A stretch of DNA of 64,000 nucleotides. Source: Eledone cirrhosa (lineage: Eukaryota). The position numbers and the translations under genes were made by a program. Location of the stretch: the NCBI GenBank assembly GCA_964016885.1, contig OZ024743.1, positions 198,710,001-198,774,000 on the forward strand, in the 5' to 3' direction. The notes under the pieces were generated by a model that worked only from the letters and a program-made list of their open reading frames with translations, did not search any database and was not told the origin of the DNA. Shown here in pieces: positions 13,441-26,690 of this stretch (positions within the stretch are counted from its first letter, which is position 1; each line of letters opens with the position of its first letter).

Positions 13441-13816
13441 CATAAATGTATGTATAGTATATTTGGCAATATACCGTATGTTTAATTAAAAACATTTAGA
13501 AGACCATACGCTATTATAAAGTAGTGACTATGTCTTACTTCTTTTCGGCGAAAGAAGGGAGAGAAGCTGACAGTCTGTTTCACGCTGGTTGGCGTTCATC
13601 AGAGCCACGTACTCCCCTGCTTTCGCCGAAAATTATAGCAGCACGATTCTTAGAGAATTCCAGTAATAATCAGGAGCTGATTATACAGAGCGATTGCCGT
13701 TCCAGCAAACATTATGTATTAGGTTTGGTGCTCTGAAATAGCGATGTATACATGAATGTATGTATAGTATATTTGGCAATATACCGTATGTTTAATCAAA
13801 AACATTTAGAAGACCA
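13441..13816 (-). mobile_element. 310-bp hammerhead-bearing unit with ~66-bp terminal direct repeat (retrozyme-like)
   Basis: 13441-13506 is repeated at 13751-13816. The unit lies between a TA tract and a (CA)n/(TA)n tract. Confidence 0.8.
13565..13606 (-). ncRNA. Type I hammerhead ribozyme (intact)
   Basis: Minus strand: ggct-CTGATGA-acgc caacca gcgt-GAAA-cagactg-TC-agct. Stem I is extended by ttttcggcgaaag.agggag (13542-13561) pairing with 13612-13631. Confidence 0.88.
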
Positions 13817-13822
13817 CACACG

Positions 13823-13962
<140 letters not shown>

Positions 13963-14371
13963 AAGAGTGAAGAATAACATGGTCAACAGTACAGAAAGGG
14001 TTTTATTTACAGTATTAACAATTGTTTCATACATATATATACATGTATATATACAGGATTGTTTCCGGCAATGTCTATGAGATTGATTTAGTATATCCAA
14101 ACTAGTAATTCCTGGTGGCATAACCACGCAATTTATCATGACCAATCAACCCTCTGAAACGATCGTAAAACAATGAACTAATGTGGAACTTATCTTCGTT
14201 TTTTGTTTTATTGTCATTGTTCAATATATATATATATAACCTGTTGCTTTTTAGCCTATTTAGTTAATACCTGAGCAGAAGTTTACAATAATGTATTGTT
14301 AATATAGAAAGGTCTTCAGCATCATGGAGCATTATCTTCTAAAGCATTTTATAACGATAGTAATAATTGTT

Positions 14372-15365
14372 TATACTTTTGGCATGAGACCAGCAGTTTG
14401 AAAGGAAGGGGAAAGTCGATTAAATTGACCCCAGTGCATTAATGGTATTTATGTCAGTGACTCCATTAGGATGAAAGGCAAAGCTAACCTCGGTGTGATT
14501 AGAACGCAGAAAGTAAAGGACCATAACACTATACGGTAAAGCATATTGTCCGACGATCTACCGATACTGCCAATTCACTATATATATATAATTGTTTCTA
14601 CGTTAGGCACAAGGCCAGCAATTACCCAGTTCATTACTGGTACTTTATCTTATCGACCCCGTAAGGATGAAAGGCAAAGTTAACCTCGGCGGTATTTGAA
14701 CTCAGACTGTAAAGGGACGTAACTATGGTAGAAAACATGGCGCCCGACGCTCTACCAATACTGCCAATAATGCTTTCCTATATAGACACAAGGCCAGCAA
14801 TTTTGGGGGAGGGGAAAGTCGATTAAATAGACCCCAGCTGCATGACTGGTACTTTATTTTATCGATCCCGTAAGGATGAAAGGCAAAGTTAACCTCGGCG
14901 GGATTTGAACTCAGACCGTAAAGGACCGTAACTCTATATAATAATATTAATTGTTTCTAGTTTAGGCACAAGGCCAGCAATTTGAAGGGGAGCGGGAAAG
15001 TCGATTAAATCGACGCCAGTGCGTTACTGGTACTTTATTTTATCGACCCCGTAAGGTTTAAAGGCAAAGCCAATCTTGGCGGGATTTGTACTCAGAACGT
15101 ATGTCGAGAAGGAATTGGTCCGACGCTCTTCCGATGCTGCTAGACAATACTTGTTTCTACATTACGCACAAGGCCAACAATTTGAGGGAAAGCGAAATAC
15201 TATTAAATCTAGTCTAATCTATTACTGGTGCTTTATTTTATCGATCCTGTAAGAATGAAAGGCAAAGCTAACCTGGGTGGCATTTGAATTCAGAACTTAA
15301 AGAACCGTACCTCTATGCTGCGAACCATGTTGCCCGACGCTCTACATATTCTTCCAATCCACCGC
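14372..15365 (-). mobile_element. Head-to-tail stack of five tRNA-type SINEs (Deu/Nin-like central domain)
   Basis: Repeated reverse complement of gagttcaaatcccgccgaggttaactttgcctttcatccttacggggtcgataaaataaagtaccag...ggccttgtgcc...gaaacaatta. Confidence 0.85.
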
Positions 15366-15418
15366 ATTGGCAGAAAGTATTTGCGCGTCTCTAAGTAACT
15401 AACGTTACTATATCATTA

Positions 15419-15606
15419 TGGTAGTATCGGTAGAGGGTCAGACGCCATGATTTGCAGCATAGAGTTACGCCACTTTACGGTCTGAATTGAAATCCCGCCG
15501 AGGTTAACTTTGCCTTTCAATCTTACGGGGTCGATAAAATAAAGCACCCGTAATGCACTGGGATAATTGCTGGCCTTGTGCCAAAAATAGAAACAATTAT
15601 TATTAT
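15419..15606 (+). mobile_element. SINE, same family
   Basis: Same consensus, plus strand, (ATT)n tail. Confidence 0.85.
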
Positions 15607-16498
15607 CTTTATGTTAAAAGCCTGTGTAGCCATTATGAAGTATACATTTTTTCCGTTGTTTTATCGAAACCGTGCTTATTTATCATTTTTCTTTTATCAT
15701 ACTTCTGACCGAGCAGACCTATGTTACGAGCATTCTATACATGAGGATATCTTTTTTTTTTTTTGCAGACTGCAGTATTACGTCTAACGCGGTAGGTGAG
15801 CGATATCTTCACTTGTGAAAATGGATATAGTCTTCATTATGTAAAATCTTCCCATTTTACCTAACTTCTCTTCTTTTGGGGCATTTTTTTCATGGTACTC
15901 CCCGTTTGAGCTTTTAGAGGTTGGCAGGTCTGAATAAAGAAGGGTAAATATAACGGTATACCTATAATTTAAATGACTATCATGATTCTACCAAAATAAA
16001 GTTTGTAAAACTTAATGCAAGACATTAATAGTGAATGGGAATAAGATTTTGTATTGTTTACTATCTTGCATATATCCATTAACAGAGAAATGCATTGAAA
16101 TCTATATCAAAAGAAATTGAAACCTGTCAGGGTCTCAGATCCTCTAGACTCAGCTCATTAGAATCTTATCTTTTATACGTCGATTAAATTACAGATAGAG
16201 TCAATCCGATTCTCTTCCACATAGTTTTTGTCAACCAAATTTCTCTCACAAAGTTTCAGTCGATCTAAAGCATTAGTTAAGACAGATTTTCTATGGTTCC
16301 GCATTGTATGATCGGATAAAAGATCACAATATTGAAAAAGTACATGTATGTGTAGAGAAACGTATCAATAATTTGAAGTTGTTCAACAATGAAACTTCAT
16401 AATACATACAACAGGTGTTGTATTTCTATTCATTTAAATCTCTGTGTGTGTGTGTGTGCGTCTCTCTCTCCCCACATCTATCTTTTACTCATTCTCAT

Positions 16499-16614
<116 letters not shown>

Positions 16615-16822
16615 ACACACACTCCCTGTGCATTCGTGGCTAGTGAATTGGTTTATTAGTTAAACGTTTATCTATCTATTTATTCAATTACTCACCATGA
16701 TATTTAGATAATGTATTAGTTTCAGAAAATAAACTGTTCTATATTGGCTAGAATGCTAATACCACGTGGGTTACGAATACATATGCATACAGCTTCATAT
16801 GCATATATTAAGTAAAATTATT

Positions 16823-16990
16823 GAGGCGTGCATTGCTATGTAGTTAAGGGGTTCGCAACGCAACCAAGTGGTTCTGGACTCAATGTTGCCGTCTGGCATT
16901 TTAGGCATGCGCTGTCTCCTACAGCTTTACAATGACCAATGCCTTATGAGTTGAATATTGGGGACGGAAACCGCAGAAACCCGTCTTATG
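16823..16990 (+). mobile_element. Degenerate tRNA-type SINE of a second family
   Basis: tRNA-like head, then gaccaatgccttatgagttgaat...gacggaaac..agaaacccgtc followed by a TA-rich tail. Confidence 0.55.
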
Positions 16991-17134
16991 CATATGTATA
17001 TATATACATAGGTAAATATATATATATATATATGAGAATGTATGACCCCACGGCAGAGCTCAAGCCGTTTCGACGGCTATTTCTGGACTATATATATATA
17101 TATATACTATAAAGTATGTCCATAGAATCATTTG

Positions 17135-17180
<46 letters not shown>

Positions 17181-17184
<4 letters not shown>

Positions 17185-17716
17185 GTCGCTCTCGAGTGCT
17201 ACTGGTAACATGTAACCCCCCCCCCCCCCCCAGTACAACCTGTCTCATGGTCGGGTCGTCAGCGACTATATCGGTAACCCCACCAAGCTTGCTTGGTGAG
17301 GAGGGTGTTAGTTGGACACACTGCGGGATGAAACACAAGACCCAGTAAAGGGCGGAGGAACTCAGCAGAGTCGACAGCCATCCAAATAGTATTTTTTTTT
17401 TTTTACACCTGGGAGTGAAAGGTCCCCAATTGTTGTCTCAACACCTTTCTAGGAGAGGGAAACTCTGAAAAAATAAAAACCTGCGTCTTCGGAAGCATCC
17501 GATGATGTTGACCAGTTCTCCTTTTCGGGTAGTATTTTCGATGGTCAGACAGGGGGATTGGTGGAGCGCGAGGCCTTTCCCTACGTAAAAAACCTTCAAA
17601 GTACAGGCATTGCTTGTTCAGAATCTGTGATTGTTTCGTGTGGCTGGCCGTAGCCTAAAAGTGCATCGAACTCTGCAATCTGATAAGCGATTGCAATAAT
17701 CTTAGCAGAATTTGTA

Positions 17717-17722
<6 letters not shown>
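17181..17722 (+). mobile_element. Non-coding insert in (TA)n resembling an RTE 5'UTR
   Basis: GC-richer block between two (TA)n tracts. Contains ctaggagagggaaactctgaa...aaacc, a motif I associate with RTE 5' regions. Confidence 0.4.
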
Positions 17723-17776
<54 letters not shown>

Positions 17777-17827
17777 CATTATGAGTGTGAAGAGAAAATA
17801 GACAAAAAATACCTAATTCTTCTTTAT

Positions 17828-17920
17828 AGTCCCGATTGCGCAGTTTCGCCGACTGGTTTGCAGCCAAAGTGAAGTTAAAGTGCATCTAAGCTGTGAGGTT
17901 AGTCGGCTTGTCAAGAGACT
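17828..17920 (-). ncRNA. Degenerate hammerhead with long stem II
   Basis: Minus strand: agtctc-TTGACAA-gccgact...agtcggc-GAAA-ctgcgcaa-TC-gggact. Stems conserved; core has two substitutions. Confidence 0.65.
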
Positions 17921-18172
17921 CCCCCAGTGTAAGGGAGATTCCCCGAACTGACCGCCTCCAGATGTTGTGGACACCTACCTGGAGGTCAAACTAAGGAGTT
18001 CTACTTCAGGGGGATACAATTACTTCAGCACCGGTAGAAGAAATCTGTGTCCTCACAGGGAGACTATATTGAAAATTAAAAGAAGAAAATATTTGTATAT
18101 ACTACCGTTTCATTGAGGCTCAACATTTTCAAATGCCCCTCTTATACACACACACACAGACTCAGACACAGG

Positions 18173-18260
<88 letters not shown>

Positions 18261-18266
18261 CACACA

Positions 18267-18321
<55 letters not shown>

Positions 18322-19112
18322 CTCCGTTCCTACAACTGCCATGGCATTCAACATCAACGATGGATGAGTTGTATAGTGTAGAATACTTTTCCTACTATTA
18401 CATCATGGTTAATTAAACGAAATGACCTGTTCTATCCATTGATGAACCACAAAACAAGGCCACAATGGGCCAGTTGCTAGTTGATGTTGTTTCGAATTAA
18501 CTGAAAAGCCGATAAACTAACACATTGATAATTTGTTTAAGGCGGTGAAGGATTTTGTTAGACCAACCCCTCTTTTTGAATCTCCTGATAACAGAAGATC
18601 TCTACACAAGCGTGTCCCAAGACATCTTGAACAACACTCCTCACATTTTATTGTCACGAACTTTACCCTCTCCGGGACTGCATTGCTTAAAGAAGTAAGG
18701 CGCCTTTGGGTGGGCCAACGAAGGTTAATACAATGTATAGAATCCCCCTTCATTCAGGAGTTTCCGCTTGGGAGTATCTGCGATGACATTTGCACAAACA
18801 TTTGAAGAGTCATAACCAAATAACCCTATATCATAATATATAGTTAAGTAGAGAGACTCATTTTATATACAGAGAGATAAATCAATATTTATGTACTTAA
18901 TTATCCAGATAGAGAAATGCATGAACAGAAAACCAAACGGGTAGAACAAGCGTTCAAAAACCTGGACATTTAACCTAGTAAGATGTGTTTGTTTAACAAC
19001 ATTACTGACTGTTTCTCCCTTTTCTTCTCTTGCATTCCTTCTTCATAACCATCCATCCGTATATCTATCCATCCATCTATCTATCTATCCATCCATCCAT
19101 CCATTTATCTAT

Positions 19113-19162
<50 letters not shown>

Positions 19163-19163
19163 C

Positions 19164-21707
19164 TTTACGATGGACACATGTGCTGAGCTCGCTCGGTAAG
19201 TTTTGTTTAAATTCATCCGGAAATTGTAAACCGTGAACTTTCATTTGTGTACCATTTTGTAGAGGGACTGCCAGGTCAAACTTTGATCTGGTCAGTCTCT
19301 CAAAATATTCTACGCCTTTAGGCGAAATAGTTAAACAAAAAAAAAAATGTTTTTTTGCTTGTTGAAAAGTCAATATTTTTTAAAATGGCCGAAGCTTCTT
19401 CACCAAAATTCGAAGGAGGAAAAGGGAAGATAAACTTACAGCTTCCCCCTGCCACTGTCACAGTAGCAGAGGTCAAGAAGAAAGGTCAGCCAGAGGAAGA
19501 ATTCTCTCCACCTGTTAACCGACAACTTGACGTTGCCATGGCAACAACCAGCGGCACCAACAACAACTCTGCTAAATACAGAGTTACAGATTTTGGCCAA
19601 GGTGCTAGCAAAGAGGTTGGCGCTTGTCGTGGGCAACCTGGTGGGAGATGCGCAGACATGTGCTATCCCATCCAGGTCCATCCACGATAACCTCCACCTC
19701 ATGCGATACATTATAGAGAGGGTTGGGAACGAACCCGGCTTTGGTGGGGCCCTGATCAACTTGGATCAATCTAAGGCATTCGATAGGGTCGACCATGGTT
19801 ATCTGGATGCGGTGCTAGCGGCGGCAGGCTTCGGACCCGTTTTCAGGGGCTGGATCAATGCCATGCACAGCAACCGCATCTGCTCTAGGGTCAAGGTGAA
19901 CGGCTACCTCTCGGAGCCGTTCGAAATCGCGCGGTCCATCCGACAGGGGTGCCCTCTCTCCTCCCTTCTGTATGTGATGACTCTAGAGCCACTGCTGCGG
20001 AAGTTGGAGTTGTTGCAGGGCATCCCGTTGGAACCGGTATTGCGGAAAGCGGTGTCAGCCTACGCCGATGACGTAACAGTAATGGTGTCGACGGCCTCGG
20101 AAATCGGGGCGATCGGCACCTTACTGGAGGAGTACGAAAGGTTTACAGGGACAAAGCTGAACCGGGACAAGTCGATCGGTCTGCAACTCGGCACGTGGAG
20201 GGGCAGATCGATGCCCTCAGATGGCGTCGTCGGGCGCTGGACGGAGGGCCCGGTGAAGTTGCTCGGGGTCTGGTTCGGACCAGACCTCCAGGTGGAGAAG
20301 AACTGGGGTGAGGTGACGAACAGGGTGTTTGCACTGACCCAGAAGTGGGCCGAGTGCAAACTGTCCCTGAAAGGTCGGGCGAAGGTGGCGAACACTTATA
20401 TAGCGTCCGTCATCTACTACCGCCTGACCGTTGTGCCTTGCCCAAGGGAAACGCTCGCCAAAATGGAGCGCGCACTCTTCCAATTCCTTTGGAAGAAGCG
20501 GGCTCCTATGGTGAGCAAATCCATCTGCTGTCAACACCCTTCGAAAGGAGGGCTGGGGATGCCGTGGCTAATGATACGTAAACACGCATTAAGGCTACGG
20601 CACCTTCAGGTATTCCTCTCCGGTCAACCGGTGTGGGCCCCGTTTGTGAGGCGAGCCTTTCCCAGACTCGTCTCACTCACCGAGCTGCAATCCTGGGTCA
20701 AGCAAAGACCGAGAAAACTGGGCGCCTGGCACACCGAGTGTGCCCAGGCGCTCACGGCTCTCTGGCAGGCGGACCCGGCTGTCAGTGAAGAATCCACCTC
20801 GTCATTCTATAGAGGGCTGGTGGTTAGCAGGTGCGACGACGCCCTCGGAGAAGCCTTAGGCATGGAGGAAGACGAACTGGCCAACCTGTTCGGTAGGACA
20901 TTCAGCCCGGGACCCATGGATAACTTCCAGAGGTCCCTGGCCTGGCAATGCTACAGAAGGGCTCTGCCCGTTCGAGAAAGGCTCTACAGACACGGGCGCC
21001 CGGGTAAGGACCCATCGAAAAAGATCTGTCCCAGATGCGTGTGCGACGAGGAAACAGTTGCACACGCATTGGTACACTGCTCGGGCATTGCTGATCTGTG
21101 GGGCTATGTCGAACAACTGCTGTCAAGGGTGGGACCGATCCGGTTGACCACCGAGTCTATTGTAACGATCAAGCCTCCTCCCCTCTTCAAAAACGAAGGA
21201 GAGGCGGTGTTTCTGTGCGTAATAGCCATGGCGAAAGAGGTTGTATGGTGGACGCGTCTGAAAGGACTGAGGTCAGACACCTTTCTCTCTGGCCAACAAC
21301 TGGTCCGTTTCTTCCGATATCATTTCGGAAGAAGGATCAGGATGGAGAGAGAGGTGCTGCACCCCAGCCGTTTCTATGAAAGATGGGTGAAAGTGGCGAG
21401 AATGGCCCGTGTGAATGGGCCTTCACTCTACATCAGACTATAGGTGAGGAAGATGAAAGACCAAGGGAGCACCCCTTCTCTGTGCTCCTGAGGAGAAGGG
21501 TTGCACACTTTTTTCGGGGGTGTGTGCGTTCCCCCAAGGCGCCTCCTCTCTATTGAGGACTTTGTTATAAATTTTATTTTTTGTTATATTTTATTTTATT
21601 TTTATATATTGTTATTGCCTCCTCCTTATTGAGGACGCCTTGTTTTGTAAACTCCCCCCATTGTACTTGTCCCACTTTTGATGCCCTGGTGGCAAATAAA
21701 AGAAACA
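19164..21707 (+). mobile_element. Internally deleted Tx1 copy in (TATC)n
   Basis: 5'UTR and ORF1-like start (19385-19565) are fused to ORF2 at aactctgctaaa. 3' end gccctggtggcaAATAAA. (TATC)n at ~19060-19162 and 21708-21780. Confidence 0.9.
19527..21443 (+). CDS. Uninterrupted reverse transcriptase + C-terminal zinc-finger portion of Tx1 ORF2 (no endonuclease)
   Basis: 638-aa open frame: LLNTELQILAK, LINLDQSKAFDRV, IRQGCPLS, AYADD, KGGLG, CPRC..ETVAHALVHC. The true start is uncertain. Confidence 0.85.
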   Translation: MTLPWQQPAAPTTTLLNTELQILAKVLAKRLALVVGNLVGDAQTCAIPSRSIHDNLHLMRYIIERVGNEPGFGGALINLDQSKAFDRVDHGYLDAVLAAAGFGPVFRGWINAMHSNRICSRVKVNGYLSEPFEIARSIRQGCPLSSLLYVMTLEPLLRKLELLQGIPLEPVLRKAVSAYADDVTVMVSTASEIGAIGTLLEEYERFTGTKLNRDKSIGLQLGTWRGRSMPSDGVVGRWTEGPVKLLGVWFGPDLQVEKNWGEVTNRVFALTQKWAECKLSLKGRAKVANTYIASVIYYRLTVVPCPRETLAKMERALFQFLWKKRAPMVSKSICCQHPSKGGLGMPWLMIRKHALRLRHLQVFLSGQPVWAPFVRRAFPRLVSLTELQSWVKQRPRKLGAWHTECAQALTALWQADPAVSEESTSSFYRGLVVSRCDDALGEALGMEEDELANLFGRTFSPGPMDNFQRSLAWQCYRRALPVRERLYRHGRPGKDPSKKICPRCVCDEETVAHALVHCSGIADLWGYVEQLLSRVGPIRLTTESIVTIKPPPLFKNEGEAVFLCVIAMAKEVVWWTRLKGLRSDTFLSGQQLVRFFRYHFGRRIRMEREVLHPSRFYERWVKVARMARVNGPSLYIRL

Positions 21708-21771
<64 letters not shown>

Positions 21772-21999
21772 CATCTATCAATCTAGCTATCTATGTATCT
21801 ATCTATCTCTCTATCTATGTATCTGTCTGACTGTCTACTAATGTTCTCTCTTTGTAGTTCTGATTTTGCTATTTGTCTATTAATACGCATAAATAGCAAA
21901 ATCAGAACTATTAATACACATAAACGTGTTGACGCTCGCAAACAAGCTCACACACCCATGTGTACGTATAGGAAAGGCTCTCACACACATGTTTAATAT

Positions 22000-22197
22000 A
22001 GAAATGGCTTCTAGAGCACTAGAACTGTTCTGTTTCATTCAAAACAAATCATTAGGGAAGCTTTCCTGATTATTACTTTTGTATAAAACAGTTCTTGTCC
22101 TGTCTTAGCAATTTGTATATCAAACATGAAGTTTACACTCTACTAATGTATTGAGTACCTTACTAACTATGTTTAACCCCGATTGAACCCCGGACTT
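22000..22197 (+). mobile_element. Older copy of the fold-back element at 33916-34105
   Basis: Shares aaatggcttcta...ctagaactgtt...aaaacagttct.gtcctgt...gtattgagtaccttact...ccccgattgaaccc. Confidence 0.7.
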
Positions 22198-23042
22198 ATA
22201 TGTATATATATATGCACAAACACACATATATACATATACATATATACACTTGCATACATATAAGTATATATATATATATATATGGGGGTATATATGTTTC
22301 TGTTTGCGTCTGTGTGTGGTTACATATGAGTGAATGTGTGCTTGTGTTTTTGTATTATTTATATGTCTCTATATGTAAGACTAAACAATAGTTGGGCCGA
22401 ACAAAACATTTTATTCATTTGTTCATTCTTTCTTATACATTCTTCTTCTATCCTGTTTTTTCGTCTAATTTCTTGCTGTTTTGTTTATTTAACACGCATT
22501 ATTTTTCTTTTTGATTCCTTTTGATTTGATACGTTATGAATCACATTTGTAATATGGGGCAGAAAAATGTATTTCTTGAAGAAAAAAATGTCTGATCAAC
22601 GAAGCAAGACCAAGCTTTTGAAAGACATAAAAGAGAACACTAACAAAAGTTAGTCGGTGTCCCAAGCAATTAAGCAAGAGCTTTACACTACAACAATACA
22701 CATAGTTTTAACCACGGCTCATCACTAGAACTATATAGTAAATCTGACACATTAGGCAGAATAGTATACTAGTTAATTTATAAATAGAATATCTTACTTT
22801 GCATACAAATAAGACTTTCCAAACCCTAGAAAACTAAAGAACTTACTTTAATATGTTTGAGATTAATTGATAATAAACTAAGTATAGAAGAATGTAGTGT
22901 GCAATTTGTAGAAATGTATAGGCAATAATATATATATATATATTTTAAATCTTAAAGATTCATCTAGATTTATATTTTTAGTACATTGTTTATCATGTCA
23001 TCGAATAATCATACATATACACACACACACACACCGACACAT

Positions 23043-23141
<99 letters not shown>

Positions 23142-23393
23142 CATGAAGATTACGTTCGCCTAGAACGAAGTTTAGTACCGACCCTTAATATTTATGTGTG
23201 CTCCAGGGAATGTTTGGTTTGTGTTACTATCATTTAAAAGTTTATTTGGCCCACTGATATGGTTGTGTTCAGTTGCTGTTGATCAGCTGCACAAAGTCGC
23301 CCCTGTTGGCTCGTTCACTAGATGTAGTAGCAGGATATTGTAAAAGAGGTTTACACAAACCTTATATTTGATCATGGTTTAATGTCATTATTT

Positions 23394-23786
23394 CACGGTA
23401 GATTGGTAGTATCGGTAGAGGGTCGGACGCCATGCTTTCTAGCATAGTTACGTCCCTTTACGATCTGAGTTCAAATCCCGCCGAGGTTGACTTTGCCTTT
23501 CATCCTTACGGGGTCGATAAAATAAAGTACCTGTGAGACACTGGGTAGTTGCTGGCCTTGTGCCTAAAGTAGAAACAATTATTTCAGTAAGGGCGGTGGA
23601 TTGGCAGTATCGGTAGAGAGTCGGACGCCATGCTTTCCAGCATAGTTACGTCCCTTTACGATCTGAGTTCAAATCCCGCCGAGGTTGACTTTGCCTTTCA
23701 TCCTTACAGGGTCGATAAAATAAAGTACCAGTAATACACTGGGTAATTGCTGGCCTTGTGCCTAAAGTAGAAACAATTATTTCAGT
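23394..23786 (+). mobile_element. Two tandem SINEs (Deu/Nin-like family)
   Basis: Consensus match; attatttca occurs before, between and after the copies. Confidence 0.88.
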
Positions 23787-24426
23787 TGTTTAGTTCACAT
23801 ACATCACCAATTTCCTAACGTCTCTCTCAATTTATCAAAGTGAAATGACGTTAACTCTCGTATCAATTGATTCTATTAATTGAAAAAATTCAAACAAAAA
23901 TATACGAGCACTGTATGGTGCATTTTATATATGTTATAGTGTGATGTCAAATTAATTATTTTATAAGATTGCTTTACACCAAGATGTTTATTATTGTTAC
24001 ATATCATGTATCTCATACAAGCTGAATATATTGTGTAAAATGTATCGGTAGGATGTTAATGCTTACAGAACATATTTCCTCACAAGGACTGGGTTGTGTC
24101 ATAGCCAAGGTATTTAACACGCACTAGCTGATCTTTCCTCTATGAAAACTTGTACTAAAAAAAAGCATTTTGATTTATTTTATTTATTTATTTTATATAT
24201 TTGTTTACTATCTTTGAGGATTTGTTCGTTGGTTGAAACCTTTTAACCGAAAATCTGCAGGACGTTGACCCTAAATGTTTCCTTGCATTATATATAAGAT
24301 ATTAATGTGAAGACTTGAAAACAGTCTCCCAAAGAATCACTAAATAGATGTGTAATATTTTTTGAAATAATACATAATTGTGTATTAAACTGCTGTTATT
24401 TTTAGTCGCACACACACACACACGCG

Positions 24427-24526
<100 letters not shown>

Positions 24527-26103
24527 ACGGCTCGCCTCATCTGTAATCCCGCAACGCCTCCAATACAGTCGTTTTCTTTTCTACCTGTCTTCTCTTATCA
24601 TCTTTTTACACGGGCGAAACTGGGTACGTCAGCCAGTATATGATAAACAATAGAAGCTGGCATATCTAAATAGATATAAGTGTTAGATACACATCTATGA
24701 TATATATGGTAAATATGTAGACTCATCTATATAGATAACGAAACCATAAAGTTACTGGTCTTTTTAATTAAATAAAATATGTAGATTACTCATTTATGTA
24801 AATAAACGAGAAATGTACGATTCTAGGTTGTTATCTTTTACAGAAAACACGATATACGAATTGTTCTCATATCCACGTTTTCACAACATTGGTCTCGTCC
24901 TAGGTGTTGTATCCTGAAGTCACTGGGTGTTGCGGATATTTTAACATACATCTTCACCCAGGAGACACAAGCGAGGCTGATCAAACCTCAGTCTGTGTCT
25001 ATGAGGCATAGATTCTACTGACACAGTCAGTCACTTCTCTTTAGAAATATCCAACTACAATTCTCCTAGATTTCTCCCCTGTTCTGCTTCCTTGTATATA
25101 CATACCTGGTTTAAGCAGGGAGAAAATACTTGTTTTTACCTTCCAGAGTTGAGGAGTTGTTTTATGGTACTTGCTTCTTCGCGTATTTCTATGTTTGCTC
25201 AGCGTGGGACGAATCAATATTTTCCAATATTGAGGGCGAAGAGTTGACTAAAATGTTAAAATATCTGATTGAATGCCTTACAGTAATTAGCTTATGAGTC
25301 AAGATTGTATTCTGAGTTTAAACCTCATAAGTTTGGACTAAATTTTTGACATCCACTCAACGAAGGGTGATGGAACTTTAACATAATAGACATCAATAAG
25401 TCTGCAAATATTGTATCAATATACAAACTCGCAATTGATAAACAAAGAGCGAAATAAATGCATATTGCTTTATTTATTTATATATGGCAACGAAACATTT
25501 TTTGTCAAAACCTTCAAATTCATCCAATTGACAATATTCATATTAATTTCCAAACCGTTTAATGTATTTTAACCTTTGTCAGCGTGGATTAATTTCTGTT
25601 ATTTTAACTCCCTCTAGCACCAGCTACTTCGAGACATATCTCGTTGATTCAGTTTCACAGCATTGCAATAATTGCTATTCACAAGTCTAACAGGAAAAAA
25701 AATCAAACAAAATTTAAAACTTATTTTATATGGAATTATATTTTGTGAATTTATTAAAAAATGTTGTTTATTTAATAAAATATATATGTATATATTTATT
25801 GGAAAATAAGATTAATGTAGTTTTGGTCATTGACAATCTATATTTTTAATTCAAAACTTCCGTTTTTGTATGTAGACATAAAGAATATCAGCTAACATTA
25901 ACTGAGTCAGCCAGATTAAGATTGGCCAAAAATAAATGGTCTATTTGTCTATTTGTATAAATAACATATAATTAAAACCTTGCGATTCTAGGGAAATAAT
26001 AGAAACAGAATAGAACGCTTACCGACATAAAGTTTATATTGTATACACACATACGCACACACAGATGTATATAAATAAATATATACATATATATATGTGT
26101 GTG

Positions 26104-26167
<64 letters not shown>

Positions 26168-26366
26168 CTTTTCCTGAGTCCAGGCTTTTTCGTTGCTATG
26201 GCAATGCGGCTGGACTGCCGATCGCTATATTTCATTTGCAAAGCTGTCTAAATGTATTGTTATTATTCTAGGGTATTATTCTCCATCGAGTGCTAAAGCT
26301 ACATTCCGAATTTGCCTTCATTAGCTTAGCCGCAGCCTAAAGTTTCGTTCATGCTGTACTAAAATT

Positions 26367-26434
<68 letters not shown>

Positions 26435-26442
26435 GTGAAAGT

Positions 26443-26487
<45 letters not shown>

Positions 26488-26489
<2 letters not shown>

Positions 26490-26684
26490 GACTTGTCAGC
26501 TCTCCCCGTCCGACGGGGAGATATGCAATAGCCTTTGGGGTTGGTGAGAGATGGCTTTTCTTGTGAAAATGAGTATAGCTTTCATTATGTAAAATCTCCT
26601 CATTTTGCGTAATTTCTCCCCGTTTTGGAGAACGTTTTTTTCATGGTACTTCTCCGTTTGGGTTTTTAGAATTTGACTGGTCTG
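26488..26684. mobile_element. MITE-like repeat; partial second copy at ~15812-15932
   Basis: Shared ttgtgaaaatg...ttcattatgtaaaatct...tttttcatggtact..ccgtttg.g.ttttaga..ttg.c.ggtctg, with imperfect terminal inversion. Confidence 0.5.
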
Positions 26685-26690
26685 ATATAT

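Noticed and set aside
18321-18830. Unique-looking block between microsatellites with 78-90-aa ORFs
   Set aside because: No RT, GIY-YIG or host-protein motif recognised, and no complete ribozyme core.
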